Of a stretch of 64,000 nt of DNA, positions 1 through 9,557 are shown piece by piece. The notes under the pieces were generated by a model. The model did no database searches, had not been told where the DNA came from, and saw only the letters and a list, made by a program, of their open reading frames with translations. The DNA comes from a virus, in the IMG/VR virus record IMGVR_UViG_3300035698_006643, positions 1 to 64,000 of that record, one strand, 5' to 3'. The first letter of the stretch is position 1, and the number at the start of each line of letters is the position of its first letter. The position numbers and the translations under genes are program-made.

Positions 1-310
1 CGAAGGAACAATGGCCAACCCCCAAAGCTGCCAGTGCGGGGCCGGACCTTGCCAGTGCAACCAGACCGGGGACGGGCGGACCTTCCCTTCAGACGAAAGT
101 GGCGACTTCACAGACCCGACAGAAAACTGGCCAGTTGAATCCAGAGTGGGTCGAGTGGTTAATGGGATGGCCTGTCGGGTGGACAGACTTAAAGCCACTG
201 GCAACGGGCAGGTTCCAGCGGTGGCTCGAGTTGCATGGGAGGCACTAATCTGGAAAGCTGTGGCATACGGTGGTTTGATTCTGAACCCCCCGCCCATTAA
301 CAATGACTAA
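1..310 (+). CDS. C-terminal end of a C5-cytosine DNA methyltransferase (5' truncated), motif X frame
   Basis: Frame open to the window edge; WPVESRVGRVVNGMACRVDRLKATGNGQVP matches the C-terminus of phage C5-MTases (RLKALGNGQVP-type motif X). Confidence 0.75.
   Translation, partial: EGTMANPQSCQCGAGPCQCNQTGDGRTFPSDESGDFTDPTENWPVESRVGRVVNGMACRVDRLKATGNGQVPAVARVAWEALIWKAVAYGGLILNPPPINND
3..248 (+). CDS. Overlapping alternative-frame polypeptide of the C5-MTase (motif IX-type subunit, 5' truncated)
   Basis: Manual translation of frame 3: ..KEQWPTPKAAS..GQLNPEWVEWLMGWPVGWTDLKPLATGRFQRWLELHGRH*; the LNPEWVEWLMGWP segment is motif IX-like. Confidence 0.65.
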   Translation, partial: KEQWPTPKAASAGPDLASATRPGTGGPSLQTKVATSQTRQKTGQLNPEWVEWLMGWPVGWTDLKPLATGRFQRWLELHGRH

Positions 311-623
311 TGACCTAGCCCCAGTCCAAGTCCGAATCAAGTACACACCCTCCAAAATCATCGTCAAGTATTCTGGTACAATCCTAGATGGCTTCTTCCA
401 CCCAATGGCACAGTGCTGGTACTACCCACTCCCACAGGACTTATGGCTGGACTGTCTTCTACCAATTAGAGCCGCAGAATGGCAGTACTTGTGCCTCATT
501 AGACCTAAGAAGTCCGCTACACAGTCTGACGGTTGGTGGGAGACGGCTAATTGTGGGGTAGGAGTTCTGGGCTGGGCGATGATGCAAAAGCATGGATTCA
601 ACTGGAAGGGGCTACTGGGCTAG
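303..623 (+). CDS. Hypothetical protein
   Basis: 106-aa ORF overlapping the MTase stop and converging with the next gene. Confidence 0.5.
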   Translation: MTNDLAPVQVRIKYTPSKIIVKYSGTILDGFFHPMAQCWYYPLPQDLWLDCLLPIRAAEWQYLCLIRPKKSATQSDGWWETANCGVGVLGWAMMQKHGFNWKGLLG

Positions 624-1772
624 GACTTCGATGATTTGACGATTGATTTCGATAAGATAGCAAATGACTTGGGCCGACAAGCCACGGGCTTTTAGTTCCC
701 CGACAGGCAACAGGCATTTACCATCAACCTCACCTTTGTCATTTTCAGACAAATAGATGCTTGCCAACAGGTCTTTGAACCCGGCACTACGGGACTCAGC
801 CAGAATCGGCTTCCATTCTTCGATGGATTCAACCATCTGTACTTCCAACGGGTCGTCAAGACGGCTGAGAATCTTTGGCCAAATGACCGTGAAGAACCGT
901 TTGACTGACATGCTGCTTTCAAGCCTTTCTTGCCGGGGTTCATCCGACACAGCCTTCTGGACTTTAGGTGGAATCACCGCTTCTTGAATCTGACTCAAGA
1001 CGTGAGAAACGGTCAATTCTGAACCAACCCGCTTGTAGAAAGATTCCAAAGGATCCGGTTTGAAATCTTTTTTGGTCCAATTCCCCGTCTTGTTTCTTTC
1101 GTGCTCCACGTACTGGCGAATCTTGTACTTTCTCAACAACGCTATGACATCTTGCTGAACCACCCCGAAGAACTGGTCCCCAATCCGAGTTGATGGCAGC
1201 CGTTTCCTGACATACGCTTCGTACAAGAATTCTGGTGTGGCATCATCCGGGAATCGTAACGGGGAACCGAACTGAATCCCTCTGAGATACTGTCCCTGTT
1301 TAGGGATGACCACCCCATTGAGCTTCAACCATCTTTCGATGTTCTTTTCTGTTTCATCATAGAGAACCGCCAGCACACCGACAGGAGCACCTTCGTCAAG
1401 GTGTCTGTTTGCTGCGGTTTTAGTCAGACCAAACCCTGTCTGAGGACCCAAGGCTTCACCCCTTGGAACCAACTCAATACATTCACCGGCCTTCTGTCGA
1501 ACACGGCTTCGTCGAACACTTTGAGGCGGGTTGATATGACCCAAACGCCATGATTTTACCCAGTGGGACGCTGTGGTGGAACTCTTTCTTTTGTTCCCAC
1601 CCTTCCCGTAAGCCATACCAATGTCATCATATGAATGGCCAGCTTCAAGCAACTTCTTCAGGTCCTTTCTATAGACCCGAGCCCACTGACCAGCGAAGTC
1701 CCCGAAAATCGGCACCCCACAGTCAGTCATTGTCTTTGCAACACGATAGTAATGAACTGGGTCCATTGTCAT
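612..1772 (-). CDS. Hypothetical protein with several HTH-like segments
   Basis: 386-aa ORF with GGAGG RBS; HTH-like stretches (GHSYDDIGMAYG, LPSTRIGDQFFG); preceded by the putative late-promoter motif. Confidence 0.6.
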   Translation of the reverse strand: MTMDPVHYYRVAKTMTDCGVPIFGDFAGQWARVYRKDLKKLLEAGHSYDDIGMAYGKGGNKRKSSTTASHWVKSWRLGHINPPQSVRRSRVRQKAGECIELVPRGEALGPQTGFGLTKTAANRHLDEGAPVGVLAVLYDETEKNIERWLKLNGVVIPKQGQYLRGIQFGSPLRFPDDATPEFLYEAYVRKRLPSTRIGDQFFGVVQQDVIALLRKYKIRQYVEHERNKTGNWTKKDFKPDPLESFYKRVGSELTVSHVLSQIQEAVIPPKVQKAVSDEPRQERLESSMSVKRFFTVIWPKILSRLDDPLEVQMVESIEEWKPILAESRSAGFKDLLASIYLSENDKGEVDGKCLLPVGELKARGLSAQVICYLIEINRQIIEVLAQ

Positions 1773-1795
1773 CCTCCCTGTCGTAGTTAATCAGC

Positions 1796-1813
1796 CTATT
1801 AAACTGATACAAC
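1796..1813 (-). promoter_or_regulatory. Putative late promoter (GTTGTATCAGTTTAATAG)
   Basis: One of eight intergenic 18-mers with consensus GTWGTWnTnnnTTWATAG, mostly 18-30 nt upstream of a start codon. Confidence 0.5.
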
Positions 1814-1839
1814 ACCAGAAGTGAGGTAGGGCCGCTAGG

Positions 1840-3771
1840 TTACTTGAATACCAGAATCGGTTCGGTTGGATTCTTACGATTGATCGTCGCTAGGGGCATC
1901 GCAAGTTGTTCAACTAAAGTCCACCCAACTGTCAATGCCGACTTGACCGTCAGTTCAACAAGAGGTGCCCCTTTGACATCAGCCACATTCAAGGCAAGAC
2001 AAGGAGCCACATCCCGAGCTTTTTCAAGGACTGGCAACAGGAAGTTAGAAATCCAGGAACCTAAGTCCGGATACTTCTGCCAAGACTGGTCTCCCCCGGC
2101 GTACTGTTCCTGTGTGAAATACGGTGGTGATGTGAAAACCAGGTCAACTTCTGGAGGACTAAACTGTTCAGCCGGACAGCAATGAATATCAACCCTATGG
2201 TCTAATCCAACTGTCCTAGCCAGATGACAATTCCCTTCCACAGTTTCTGATTCAACATCCGTTCCAATATACTGCATCCCTGACGCTAGAGCCCCTAACA
2301 GTCGGCCACCGTACCCAGAACACGGGTCCCACACCTTTCCACCAGGACTTCCGTAGCGTTCATAGATGAAATGAGCGATTGTGGGTCGAAATACTGTAGG
2401 AGTACGGCATATCAAATTCAATGCCCGCAAGACCCGATGTGGCTGAACAGGGTCACTGTACCGCAGTTGAAATCGGATAGCTTTCTCCAACCAATGGTCA
2501 GTATGCCACGCTTCAAAAGCCCCGATACCAGCAGTCTTTGAAACAGCATTATGCCGGTTGGGAAAGAATGGAGTACAGACTTTGAGTCCTAGACGCCTGT
2601 ATGGGCTGATAACCCCCCCATGAAGAGACATAGGGGCAGCTTGAACTTTCTGGATGCTGGAGCTAATCTGGGAACGGTCTGGGAAGTCTTGAACTGGAAA
2701 TGATATCAAACGTAGCTTCCCTAAAATCACTCGCACCCAGGCGTCTTGTTCAGTTCTAGGTAAAGTCTTCCAGACTTTCGAGTCATACCCATTGAGCCAG
2801 GTCATAGCCTGAACACTTGAGTCATTACTCTGGCATTTTGGCCCTCGACGATGATTCCGATTCACTCCAGCGGCTTGAAGGCGGCGACCCACTGTACTCG
2901 TACCAACTGAAGACATCGCTGCAATATCTTCAACAGAAACTCCGACCTGATACAGTTCAGCGGCTCGGTCTGGGGAAAGACGCCGAGCATTCTGATGTAC
3001 AGCCTGTCCAGGCAATCTATTCCCAGGCATTTTGTACAGCATCGACTGGACGATATAGGGTTCAACTAGGTCACGGAATACCAGACGCTGCTGGTCAAGA
3101 AAATGAATCGCCTGGTTTCCAGGTTTCCCATACACCGTAGGATTCAACCCAAGTACCTTCAATGCCGCACAAGCCCGTTTCAGACTCACAGTATCAAGCC
3201 CAAAAGTAATCCGAGGTTCGCCTGTACGGGCAACGATACTACCGTCGTCCATATACCAAACAGCCAGCATGAATGGTGTCATCAGGTCAGGCAGTGATTT
3301 TGGAAAGACCTTCTTTCGATGCGGTGCTGGATAAAACAGGTCATAGAGTGGTCTAAGCTGTGGACAAGACCTCGTTGAAAAAGTCCACCCAGAATAGGTC
3401 TTTGCCCCCCTAGTGTCTGTGTAATCGTAACTGGAACACACGAACGGTTCTAGGGCAGTTGCTTTCCACTGGCAGTACGGCTTCTGCTTCAAAGAATGGG
3501 ATTCAGTGAATCGAGCCGACTGGGCTGAAGGTGAAGACATCCCACCATCCCCCAGTAAAGACCCGGTTAGCAGTTCTTTCTGAAAGCTTGAAAGGTCAGG
3601 TAGTCTCAGGCCATTACGGCCTGTTTTACCTAAAGCTGGGATCCCCCACTTACGCCTGTAGTAGTTGACATTGCGTTGGCTTGTTCCTAAACGGATAGCG
3701 ATTTCAGATTCAGTCAGAAGTTCACTGAGGTACAACTGTTCAAGGACTTCCTGTGAAATTGGATTAGACAT
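1840..3771 (-). CDS. HTH - LAGLIDADG endonuclease - HTH - amino-DNA methyltransferase fusion
   Basis: Two LAGLIDADG helices (TGSLLGDGG, AVWYMDDGS); SAM-binding motif WDPCSGYGG and catalytic FTSPPY in the C-terminal half; start moved to ATG 3771 because of the RBS and promoter position. Confidence 0.85.
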   Translation of the reverse strand: MSNPISQEVLEQLYLSELLTESEIAIRLGTSQRNVNYYRRKWGIPALGKTGRNGLRLPDLSSFQKELLTGSLLGDGGMSSPSAQSARFTESHSLKQKPYCQWKATALEPFVCSSYDYTDTRGAKTYSGWTFSTRSCPQLRPLYDLFYPAPHRKKVFPKSLPDLMTPFMLAVWYMDDGSIVARTGEPRITFGLDTVSLKRACAALKVLGLNPTVYGKPGNQAIHFLDQQRLVFRDLVEPYIVQSMLYKMPGNRLPGQAVHQNARRLSPDRAAELYQVGVSVEDIAAMSSVGTSTVGRRLQAAGVNRNHRRGPKCQSNDSSVQAMTWLNGYDSKVWKTLPRTEQDAWVRVILGKLRLISFPVQDFPDRSQISSSIQKVQAAPMSLHGGVISPYRRLGLKVCTPFFPNRHNAVSKTAGIGAFEAWHTDHWLEKAIRFQLRYSDPVQPHRVLRALNLICRTPTVFRPTIAHFIYERYGSPGGKVWDPCSGYGGRLLGALASGMQYIGTDVESETVEGNCHLARTVGLDHRVDIHCCPAEQFSPPEVDLVFTSPPYFTQEQYAGGDQSWQKYPDLGSWISNFLLPVLEKARDVAPCLALNVADVKGAPLVELTVKSALTVGWTLVEQLAMPLATINRKNPTEPILVFK

Positions 3772-3800
3772 TCCACCCACCTTTTGACTTTCAGAGCACA

Positions 3801-3829
3801 ATCATACGCTCAGAAAATCAGGTGGTCAA
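3801..3829 (-). promoter_or_regulatory. Sigma70-type promoter for the LAGLIDADG-MTase gene
   Basis: TTGACC-17 bp-TATGAT. Confidence 0.65.
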
Positions 3830-3894
3830 CTATCGAGTGAAAGCAGATAGAAGAACTTGTCTAAAGACTAATTCGGGTACAAGGGGGGAAGTTT

Positions 3895-3922
3895 GGGGGT
3901 CACGACCGAAGCCGTAACCCCC
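3895..3922 (-). terminator. Stable UUCG hairpin after the major capsid gene
   Basis: GGGGGTTACGGC-TTCG-GTCGTGACCCCC just after the stop codon; no strong U-tract. Confidence 0.6.
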
Positions 3923-3938
3923 TGAATTGATGGGGGAA

Positions 3939-4814
3939 CTAGCGGGCGACAATCATCCGAACGAGGCCACGGGGGTTGTGACACCCAATGCCCAGGTTCT
4001 CGAAAATCGAGTACCCGATGGTGCGTGCTTTGGGGTCGTCGGCACTGAGAACCGTCAATTCGGTACGAACAGGAATTCGTCCAAAATACTCGGGTTCCGT
4101 ACAGACGTACACGAACCCAGCGGGAACGAGACGACTGGTGATGATCTGTGCTCCCCAAAGGTTCCCCTGGATGCCTGTACGAAGCAGGACGGCCTGGGTT
4201 TCGGGGTCATAGATATCACGGCCCCACTTTCGCACGTCAGCATAGTCCACGGCATTCATGAAGATGCGGGCCACCCGCAGCGAATGTCGTTCGACCAATG
4301 CGAAGGCGTCTGCCATCACAGAAGGGGTCAGGGGGGCAGCGACGGGGATGTCGGGGTTGGTGCCACCGGCGATGCTGTCGAACCCGTTGACGGCCACGGC
4401 ATCCATGACAGCGAAGACTCGTTCGTCTTCGATGGCTTGAATCTGTGACTTTGCCAGGTCCTGGGCTCGCTGAAGCATGTCGTACCGACGTTCCTTCAAC
4501 TGCGTGATGGGGATTTCCGGGTTGGAAGCTGCCTCGAAGAGGGGGATAATCACTCGTCGGGACTTCTGTACCGACAGGATGTTCTCGCCTTCTTCACCGA
4601 CGATATAGGCCGTCACGTCGGGGTCCTTGTCATAGACAGGCATGGCTCCGTCAGGAAGGTCATCAACCAGGAAGGTTTTGCGCCCCACACTGGCGTAATC
4701 ACGCCGGGTCCGAAGGGGCTGAATCATGGAAGCGGCCAGCCGAGCTCGCCCGGAAGCGGTGCGCAGCATGGTGTTGATCATCTGTTGTCTTCGTGCATTT
4801 TCAGCAGCGTTCAT
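3939..4814 (-). CDS. Major capsid protein (HK97 fold)
   Basis: 291 aa; RRDYASVGRKTFLVDDLPDGAMPVYDKD, IQAIEDERVF and GNLWGAQIITSRLVPAG are typical of this large-phage MCP type; lies after protease, scaffold and decoration genes. Confidence 0.9.
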   Translation of the reverse strand: MNAAENARRQQMINTMLRTASGRARLAASMIQPLRTRRDYASVGRKTFLVDDLPDGAMPVYDKDPDVTAYIVGEEGENILSVQKSRRVIIPLFEAASNPEIPITQLKERRYDMLQRAQDLAKSQIQAIEDERVFAVMDAVAVNGFDSIAGGTNPDIPVAAPLTPSVMADAFALVERHSLRVARIFMNAVDYADVRKWGRDIYDPETQAVLLRTGIQGNLWGAQIITSRLVPAGFVYVCTEPEYFGRIPVRTELTVLSADDPKARTIGYSIFENLGIGCHNPRGLVRMIVAR

Positions 4815-4824
4815 AGTGGCCCCC

Positions 4825-5460
4825 CTAAATGCGAAGGTCTACGACAAGTTCGGGATGCGAAGCTTCCGGTGCGAACTTGACGATACCGATAACGGTGGCG
4901 TCTGCGTCAGCAAAGGAACCCTTCTGAACCTCGAAACTGTCATTGACCAGGTAGGTGAGGAAGCCGTTGACAGAGGCGTAAACCAACTGTCCAGGCTGCC
5001 AAGTCAGGTCGTCCCCAGCGACAATACCACCATCAGTGTACTGGGCTTCAGTCTCATAGAGACGAGTGCCGTAAGTACCGTTGGCGTGTACGTAGGGACC
5101 ACGATTGGATGCAACACCGGGGGTGTTTTCGTAGTTGTGACCGACTGCGTCGTTGATAAACAACCCGAGAGGTCGAATCAACGGCAGGAAGGTCCCACCT
5201 GCGCCCGAGTCGGGCCCACCGATGTAGTTGTTCCCTTCGTCTGGGCGGGAGAACGCCACGCTTCCGCTGAGAACGCCGACTTTCGTCACGCTCGCAAGCA
5301 TCGTCGCTTGGGTATTCGCCGCCAGACCTTCGGGAGGATTGGATTGGGTGAACGCATCTTCCGTCAGCTCACCGATGGTGTTGTGGATGCCCTTGTAGAG
5401 CTCCCGCAAATAGCTGTTGGATTCCGTCCATTCACCGCTGGCTTGTCCGTGCCAAGGCAT
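4825..5460 (-). CDS. Probable head decoration (cement) protein
   Basis: 211 aa, beta-rich, directly upstream of MCP; PGQLVYASVNGFLT..VIGIV cement-like pattern. Confidence 0.7.
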   Translation of the reverse strand: MPWHGQASGEWTESNSYLRELYKGIHNTIGELTEDAFTQSNPPEGLAANTQATMLASVTKVGVLSGSVAFSRPDEGNNYIGGPDSGAGGTFLPLIRPLGLFINDAVGHNYENTPGVASNRGPYVHANGTYGTRLYETEAQYTDGGIVAGDDLTWQPGQLVYASVNGFLTYLVNDSFEVQKGSFADADATVIGIVKFAPEASHPELVVDLRI

Positions 5461-5504
5461 AATAGAACCTCCAGTTCAATGCCACTAAAAAATCCCGAGA
5501 GTCA

Positions 5505-5540
5505 GCCGACCTTACTGTGGCCTAGTAAGGTCGGTTTTTC
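5505..5540. terminator. 11-12 bp hairpin between scaffold and decoration genes
   Basis: CCGACCTTACT-GTGGCCT-AGTAAGGTCGG followed by TTTTT on the + strand; on the - strand it may stabilise the cement/MCP mRNA. Confidence 0.5.
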
Positions 5541-5557
5541 CCCACGGGGACAAAAAG

Positions 5558-6772
5558 CTACAGTTGCCCATTCACGTCAGGGTCTGATTTCCAGAGTCCT
5601 GACATTGCGTCGTCAGCCGAAGCCGAAGCGGTACGAACCCCACCCAAACGCTGAACACCTTCCTGGGAAGATGCCATCGTCGAATCGGGATTCAAGAGAA
5701 CATTCGCTGCCTGTGCCGCTGCCAGGTCGGGGCTGTCAAACAACCCATCAACTCCCTGGCCGTCGTCGAAATCTTCCTGGCCCTGATACTGCTGTTGCTG
5801 TTGCATCATCTGGGACATCTGGTCTTCTTCCTGGGCAAGAGCGTCCAGAGGAAAGTCTTCCTGGCCCCCGATTTCATCCTGAACCATCTGGTCCAGACCG
5901 GAGTCTTCGTCGAGGATGATGTCCTGGTCCGATTGAACCGGAGACTGTTGCTGCTGCATAATCTGGGCACGAAGGTCCTGGGCTTTGGCTTCGGTTTCGG
6001 CAAGACGGTTTTCCAGGTCGATGGAACTCGTTTTAGGGCAAGCTGGGGTTCCACCCCGAGGACCAGTACCATCAGGAACGCCCCTCACTTTCCCAGCGTC
6101 CTTACTCTTGTCGTCGTCGTCCTTCTTGTCGTCCTTCTTGTCGTCCTTCTTGTCGTCCTTCTTGTCGTCCTTCTTGCCCTTGCCCTCTTCCTTCTCTTTC
6201 TTGGCGTCGATCTTTTCCTGGATGAAGTCAGGCATCTTGCCAGCATCTTTGGAGTCCTGGTCCTGGTCGTCCGAAGCTTCCTGGCTCTGGTCGTCCTGGT
6301 CCTGGTCGTCGCCGGCCTGCATACTCTTCCAAGCTTCCGACCGGTGCTGTTGCATCGAAGCGGAGAATTCCATCAGAGCCTTGTCGTCCACATCCATCAT
6401 AGCAAAAGCAATGCGTTCAACGGCTTCTTCAGGAGCCGCATTCCCCAGGCACGCACTGACGATACGAGTTGCTTCCAGAGCCTTCCGGTTGAAGTACTCT
6501 GAGGCCACCCTACGATCTTCAGTTGAAGCCGTGGATCCCTTCTCGCCCCAGTTTGCACCAGGGAAAGTGTCTGAACGCATCTCAGGGAATCCTTCCAGCG
6601 GGGCGTCCATGTAGCCTTCGCCCGGGTCTTTCCAGCGTTCGTCAGTGTTGACATCTTCCTTAAATTCAGACGGCCCGCCGATCATATAATCAGCGACTGG
6701 TACTTCTGTGCTGCTGTCCCCCGGAATGGCGGGAGCGTCTGCCTTCCGATCCCATGTGCTTCGCTTTCGCAT
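5558..6772 (-). CDS. Probable prohead scaffolding/core protein
   Basis: Acidic, low-complexity protein between protease and cement/MCP; AGGAG RBS before ATG 6772. Confidence 0.65.
   Translation of the reverse strand: MRKRSTWDRKADAPAIPGDSSTEVPVADYMIGGPSEFKEDVNTDERWKDPGEGYMDAPLEGFPEMRSDTFPGANWGEKGSTASTEDRRVASEYFNRKALEATRIVSACLGNAAPEEAVERIAFAMMDVDDKALMEFSASMQQHRSEAWKSMQAGDDQDQDDQSQEASDDQDQDSKDAGKMPDFIQEKIDAKKEKEEGKGKKDDKKDDKKDDKKDDKKDDDDKSKDAGKVRGVPDGTGPRGGTPACPKTSSIDLENRLAETEAKAQDLRAQIMQQQQSPVQSDQDIILDEDSGLDQMVQDEIGGQEDFPLDALAQEEDQMSQMMQQQQQYQGQEDFDDGQGVDGLFDSPDLAAAQAANVLLNPDSTMASSQEGVQRLGGVRTASASADDAMSGLWKSDPDVNGQL
6117..6176 (-). repeat. 12-bp coding tandem repeat (KKDD)n
   Basis: GTCGTCCTTCTT repeated about 5 times. 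Confidence 0.85.
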
Positions 6773-6785
6773 GACGAATCTCCTC

Positions 6786-9557
6786 CTAGTGTGTGTCGCC
6801 AAGGGAGAACAGCTTACCCTTCACTACGAACGACGCTGCTTCTGCCTTTGCCAATTTTCTGCCCAGATGGGCTTCACAAGCTGAAATGAATTCTGTTGGC
6901 CCACTGAAGTGCTTCGTACCACCAACGGCGGCGATAGCAATATACCCTTCATATGTGATTGGGTACTTTGGCTTCGTGGTTCCATACTTATCAACGAAGT
7001 GCGCCAGTCCAAGAATGTTTGGCCCACTGAAGTTCGATGCCCCTACTCCCTTCCAACCATCTGTTGCCAAAATCTGAAGCCCCCTATAGATGACATTCAG
7101 ATTATCCTGAGAGAGGTCCGCTTTACCAAATCTACGGGCGAACACTTTGAAGTTGTCCTTTGACCCGTGGATGATACTCTGGTTGGTATCTTCAAGATTC
7201 TGTGGAACTGTTGGGGCGTCCTTGGGGAACATCTGGGACCGAGCTTTCTCTTTGGCTTTGTCCAATAGTTCGTTGGACAGTTCGTCTACCAGTTTATCTT
7301 TCTTCCCAGGGGTACTCGGGGCGTCACCCCCATTGTCCTTCTTGTCCCCACCGTCATCTGGCGTATCAAAGTCAAACGCCAGCTTACGGGCATTCTTAGG
7401 AAGCTGTATGACACTGGCTACTTTGGCGATTTGTTCTGGAGGAAGGCGGCGTACACCAACTTCGTAGGCCACTTGTATCTTCCTTGCCATTTCAGGATGG
7501 GTCGTAGAATCGACCTCTAGGATATTCCTGAGTACTGCCCCTACGAAAGCTGGGTCTCGTACCCAACTGGCCTCAATGAACTGGACACTATCAGGCTGAC
7601 TGTGGTGACCACACAGTTCAGCGATACGACGACGATGACCTGAAGCATCAATGAAGCTGTCACCCTTACTGTACTTGATACAGGGACACAGGTCTGTATC
7701 GTCAACGGCTACGTTGCCACACTTGGTGCAAATCGTGAAGGCGACAATGCAACCCATGGACAAGGTCGTCAGGCGTTCAAATTCAATGTCTTGAATGAGC
7801 CTGGTGTGCTTTCGGTCGGTAGCAACCAGGATGTCGCAATACAGCGACCCCCCAACGTCACGAATGACTGCGTCAACCAGTTTGCCACGACTCAGTTCAG
7901 GAATCTGGATATGCTCAACGTAGTTCTCACCGCCGATGAATGTCTTGTAGACCGACGCCAGCAGTTTTCGCTCGAATCCATCGCTGTTATGGACGGCAAT
8001 CCCACCAGCGATATAAGAGTGGTCCTCTTCCACATCAAAGTTGTAGACAAACCCTTCGTACTCTACAGGTTCCACCGATTCGAGCATTTGAAGGTGGGAG
8101 TCTTTGAAAAAACGAAGTTTCGGTACAGCCTGGACAGTACCCCTAATTTCTAGGTACTGGAGGTACTTGTCTTCATAGATCGTGTCCTGAACGATTTCGG
8201 AAATCCACCCAGCGCCGCACGAAACATCCCAACGATGAGACACCTTAGAAGCATCCGAAACCACTTGAATCTCATCATCAACCACTAGGCGCTTCCTACC
8301 AGAAGTTTTGCTATAGCACACCCGACTAGAAATGCCTAAACGAAGCAGCATAAACCAGACTTGGTTTGCCAGAGACTGGCTTGCAGTACACCCAGACAAT
8401 CGAAAATCTGAAGCTGTATCAAATGCTGACCCATCACCTTCAAACCACCCACGGAGGATTTCCATTTGGATATCTTTCGGTGCTGTGAAAAGGTCAGGAT
8501 GCAACGTCTTTGAGGTAGACCCACTGCCAAGAACCCAATGCGAAAAGAACTCCACGGCTTCTGGGCTACGATTCGTTGTGACGATGATTGCTTTTCCATC
8601 TTTCGCCTGAATCTGACAGTCGATCCCGAATTCTTGCTTCATTAAGTCAACGACTGTAGCTGCCAAGGTGTCAGTTTCATCTTCGTGGAAAGCCCAAATT
8701 GCCCCAGTACGTTCATTCTTTTCCACTTTACTAGCGGCGTACAGAACATAGTATCCTTCGGCAAGGAACAACCCAATTAAACGGGCCTTACCCAAAGTCA
8801 GGTCTACGCTTGTTTCACCCTGTGGAATTGGTGTCGTGGTAAAATCCCAATGATGTTTTAGATCGGCTACTTCAATGAAGTCCCCTGTCTTAGCAGCAAG
8901 AAGGGTTTCATTTGACACCCGAGTCTTCTGGTAACAAGCCGAAGAACAGTAGTACCTTGGCAAAAGGAAATTAATCGTGCGGTGGTTACGCACCACTGGG
9001 CCACCACAAGCAAAGCATGTTTCTGCTGGTCGATAAACGAATACAGGGTGCCCACCAGTGATGTAAAGACGCTGGTTGTTCCCACGATACTTCAATTCGT
9101 TGAGGTTCCCTGTTGCTGGGTGCTTAAATGTTTCCCGAACTCGACGAACTCTACCTAGATGCGTTAGCACCTGGTCATTAACTTTGACTTCTTCGACAGG
9201 TTTGACTGTCCCGTCAGCCATCGTAACCGGCGTGCCTGGAACCAAACAGTTGTTGTTGATAAAAGGCTGGCTGGCTTCAGTGACGAAGTATTCAGGATAG
9301 GTTCGATTGACTTCAAAGCCACTTTCAAGAACCTTCCCCAGTTGTTCGGAATTATCACCAGGCTCTACGTCTACAGAAGCTACGATAGTGCAATGAGTGA
9401 GGAGCCACTTGGCTGGGTCATATTCTGACGTGACCTTGCGGGACGCTACCCGTGTCATGCCCTTTTCTGCTAAAGACATGGCAACCACCAGGTTCCATTC
9501 ATCGTCCTTCCGGATAATGTTCTGAACTAAGGCATTCGCTGTCTTCAGAAAGGCCAT
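6786..9557 (-). CDS. Probable prohead protease containing an intein
   Basis: Exteins join to NNN|SDGF; YVEH, SMGC..CTKCG and FIEASWVRDPAF motifs are typical of large-phage head maturation proteases; located in the head module. Confidence 0.8.
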   Translation of the reverse strand: MAFLKTANALVQNIIRKDDEWNLVVAMSLAEKGMTRVASRKVTSEYDPAKWLLTHCTIVASVDVEPGDNSEQLGKVLESGFEVNRTYPEYFVTEASQPFINNNCLVPGTPVTMADGTVKPVEEVKVNDQVLTHLGRVRRVRETFKHPATGNLNELKYRGNNQRLYITGGHPVFVYRPAETCFACGGPVVRNHRTINFLLPRYYCSSACYQKTRVSNETLLAAKTGDFIEVADLKHHWDFTTTPIPQGETSVDLTLGKARLIGLFLAEGYYVLYAASKVEKNERTGAIWAFHEDETDTLAATVVDLMKQEFGIDCQIQAKDGKAIIVTTNRSPEAVEFFSHWVLGSGSTSKTLHPDLFTAPKDIQMEILRGWFEGDGSAFDTASDFRLSGCTASQSLANQVWFMLLRLGISSRVCYSKTSGRKRLVVDDEIQVVSDASKVSHRWDVSCGAGWISEIVQDTIYEDKYLQYLEIRGTVQAVPKLRFFKDSHLQMLESVEPVEYEGFVYNFDVEEDHSYIAGGIAVHNSDGFERKLLASVYKTFIGGENYVEHIQIPELSRGKLVDAVIRDVGGSLYCDILVATDRKHTRLIQDIEFERLTTLSMGCIVAFTICTKCGNVAVDDTDLCPCIKYSKGDSFIDASGHRRRIAELCGHHSQPDSVQFIEASWVRDPAFVGAVLRNILEVDSTTHPEMARKIQVAYEVGVRRLPPEQIAKVASVIQLPKNARKLAFDFDTPDDGGDKKDNGGDAPSTPGKKDKLVDELSNELLDKAKEKARSQMFPKDAPTVPQNLEDTNQSIIHGSKDNFKVFARRFGKADLSQDNLNVIYRGLQILATDGWKGVGASNFSGPNILGLAHFVDKYGTTKPKYPITYEGYIAIAAVGGTKHFSGPTEFISACEAHLGRKLAKAEAASFVVKGKLFSLGDTH
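7986..9248 (-). mobile_element. Intein with LAGLIDADG homing endonuclease (421 aa) in the prohead protease
   Basis: Starts CLVPGTPVTMADG, ends YIAGGIAVHN followed by Ser; LIGLFLAEG and LRGWFEGDG motifs. Confidence 0.95.

Noticed and set aside
4726-5919. Long + strand ORFs (4726-5919, 5795-6502, 14961-16016, 35405-35986 and others)
   Set aside because: Antisense shadows of well-supported - strand genes, with no recognisable motifs.
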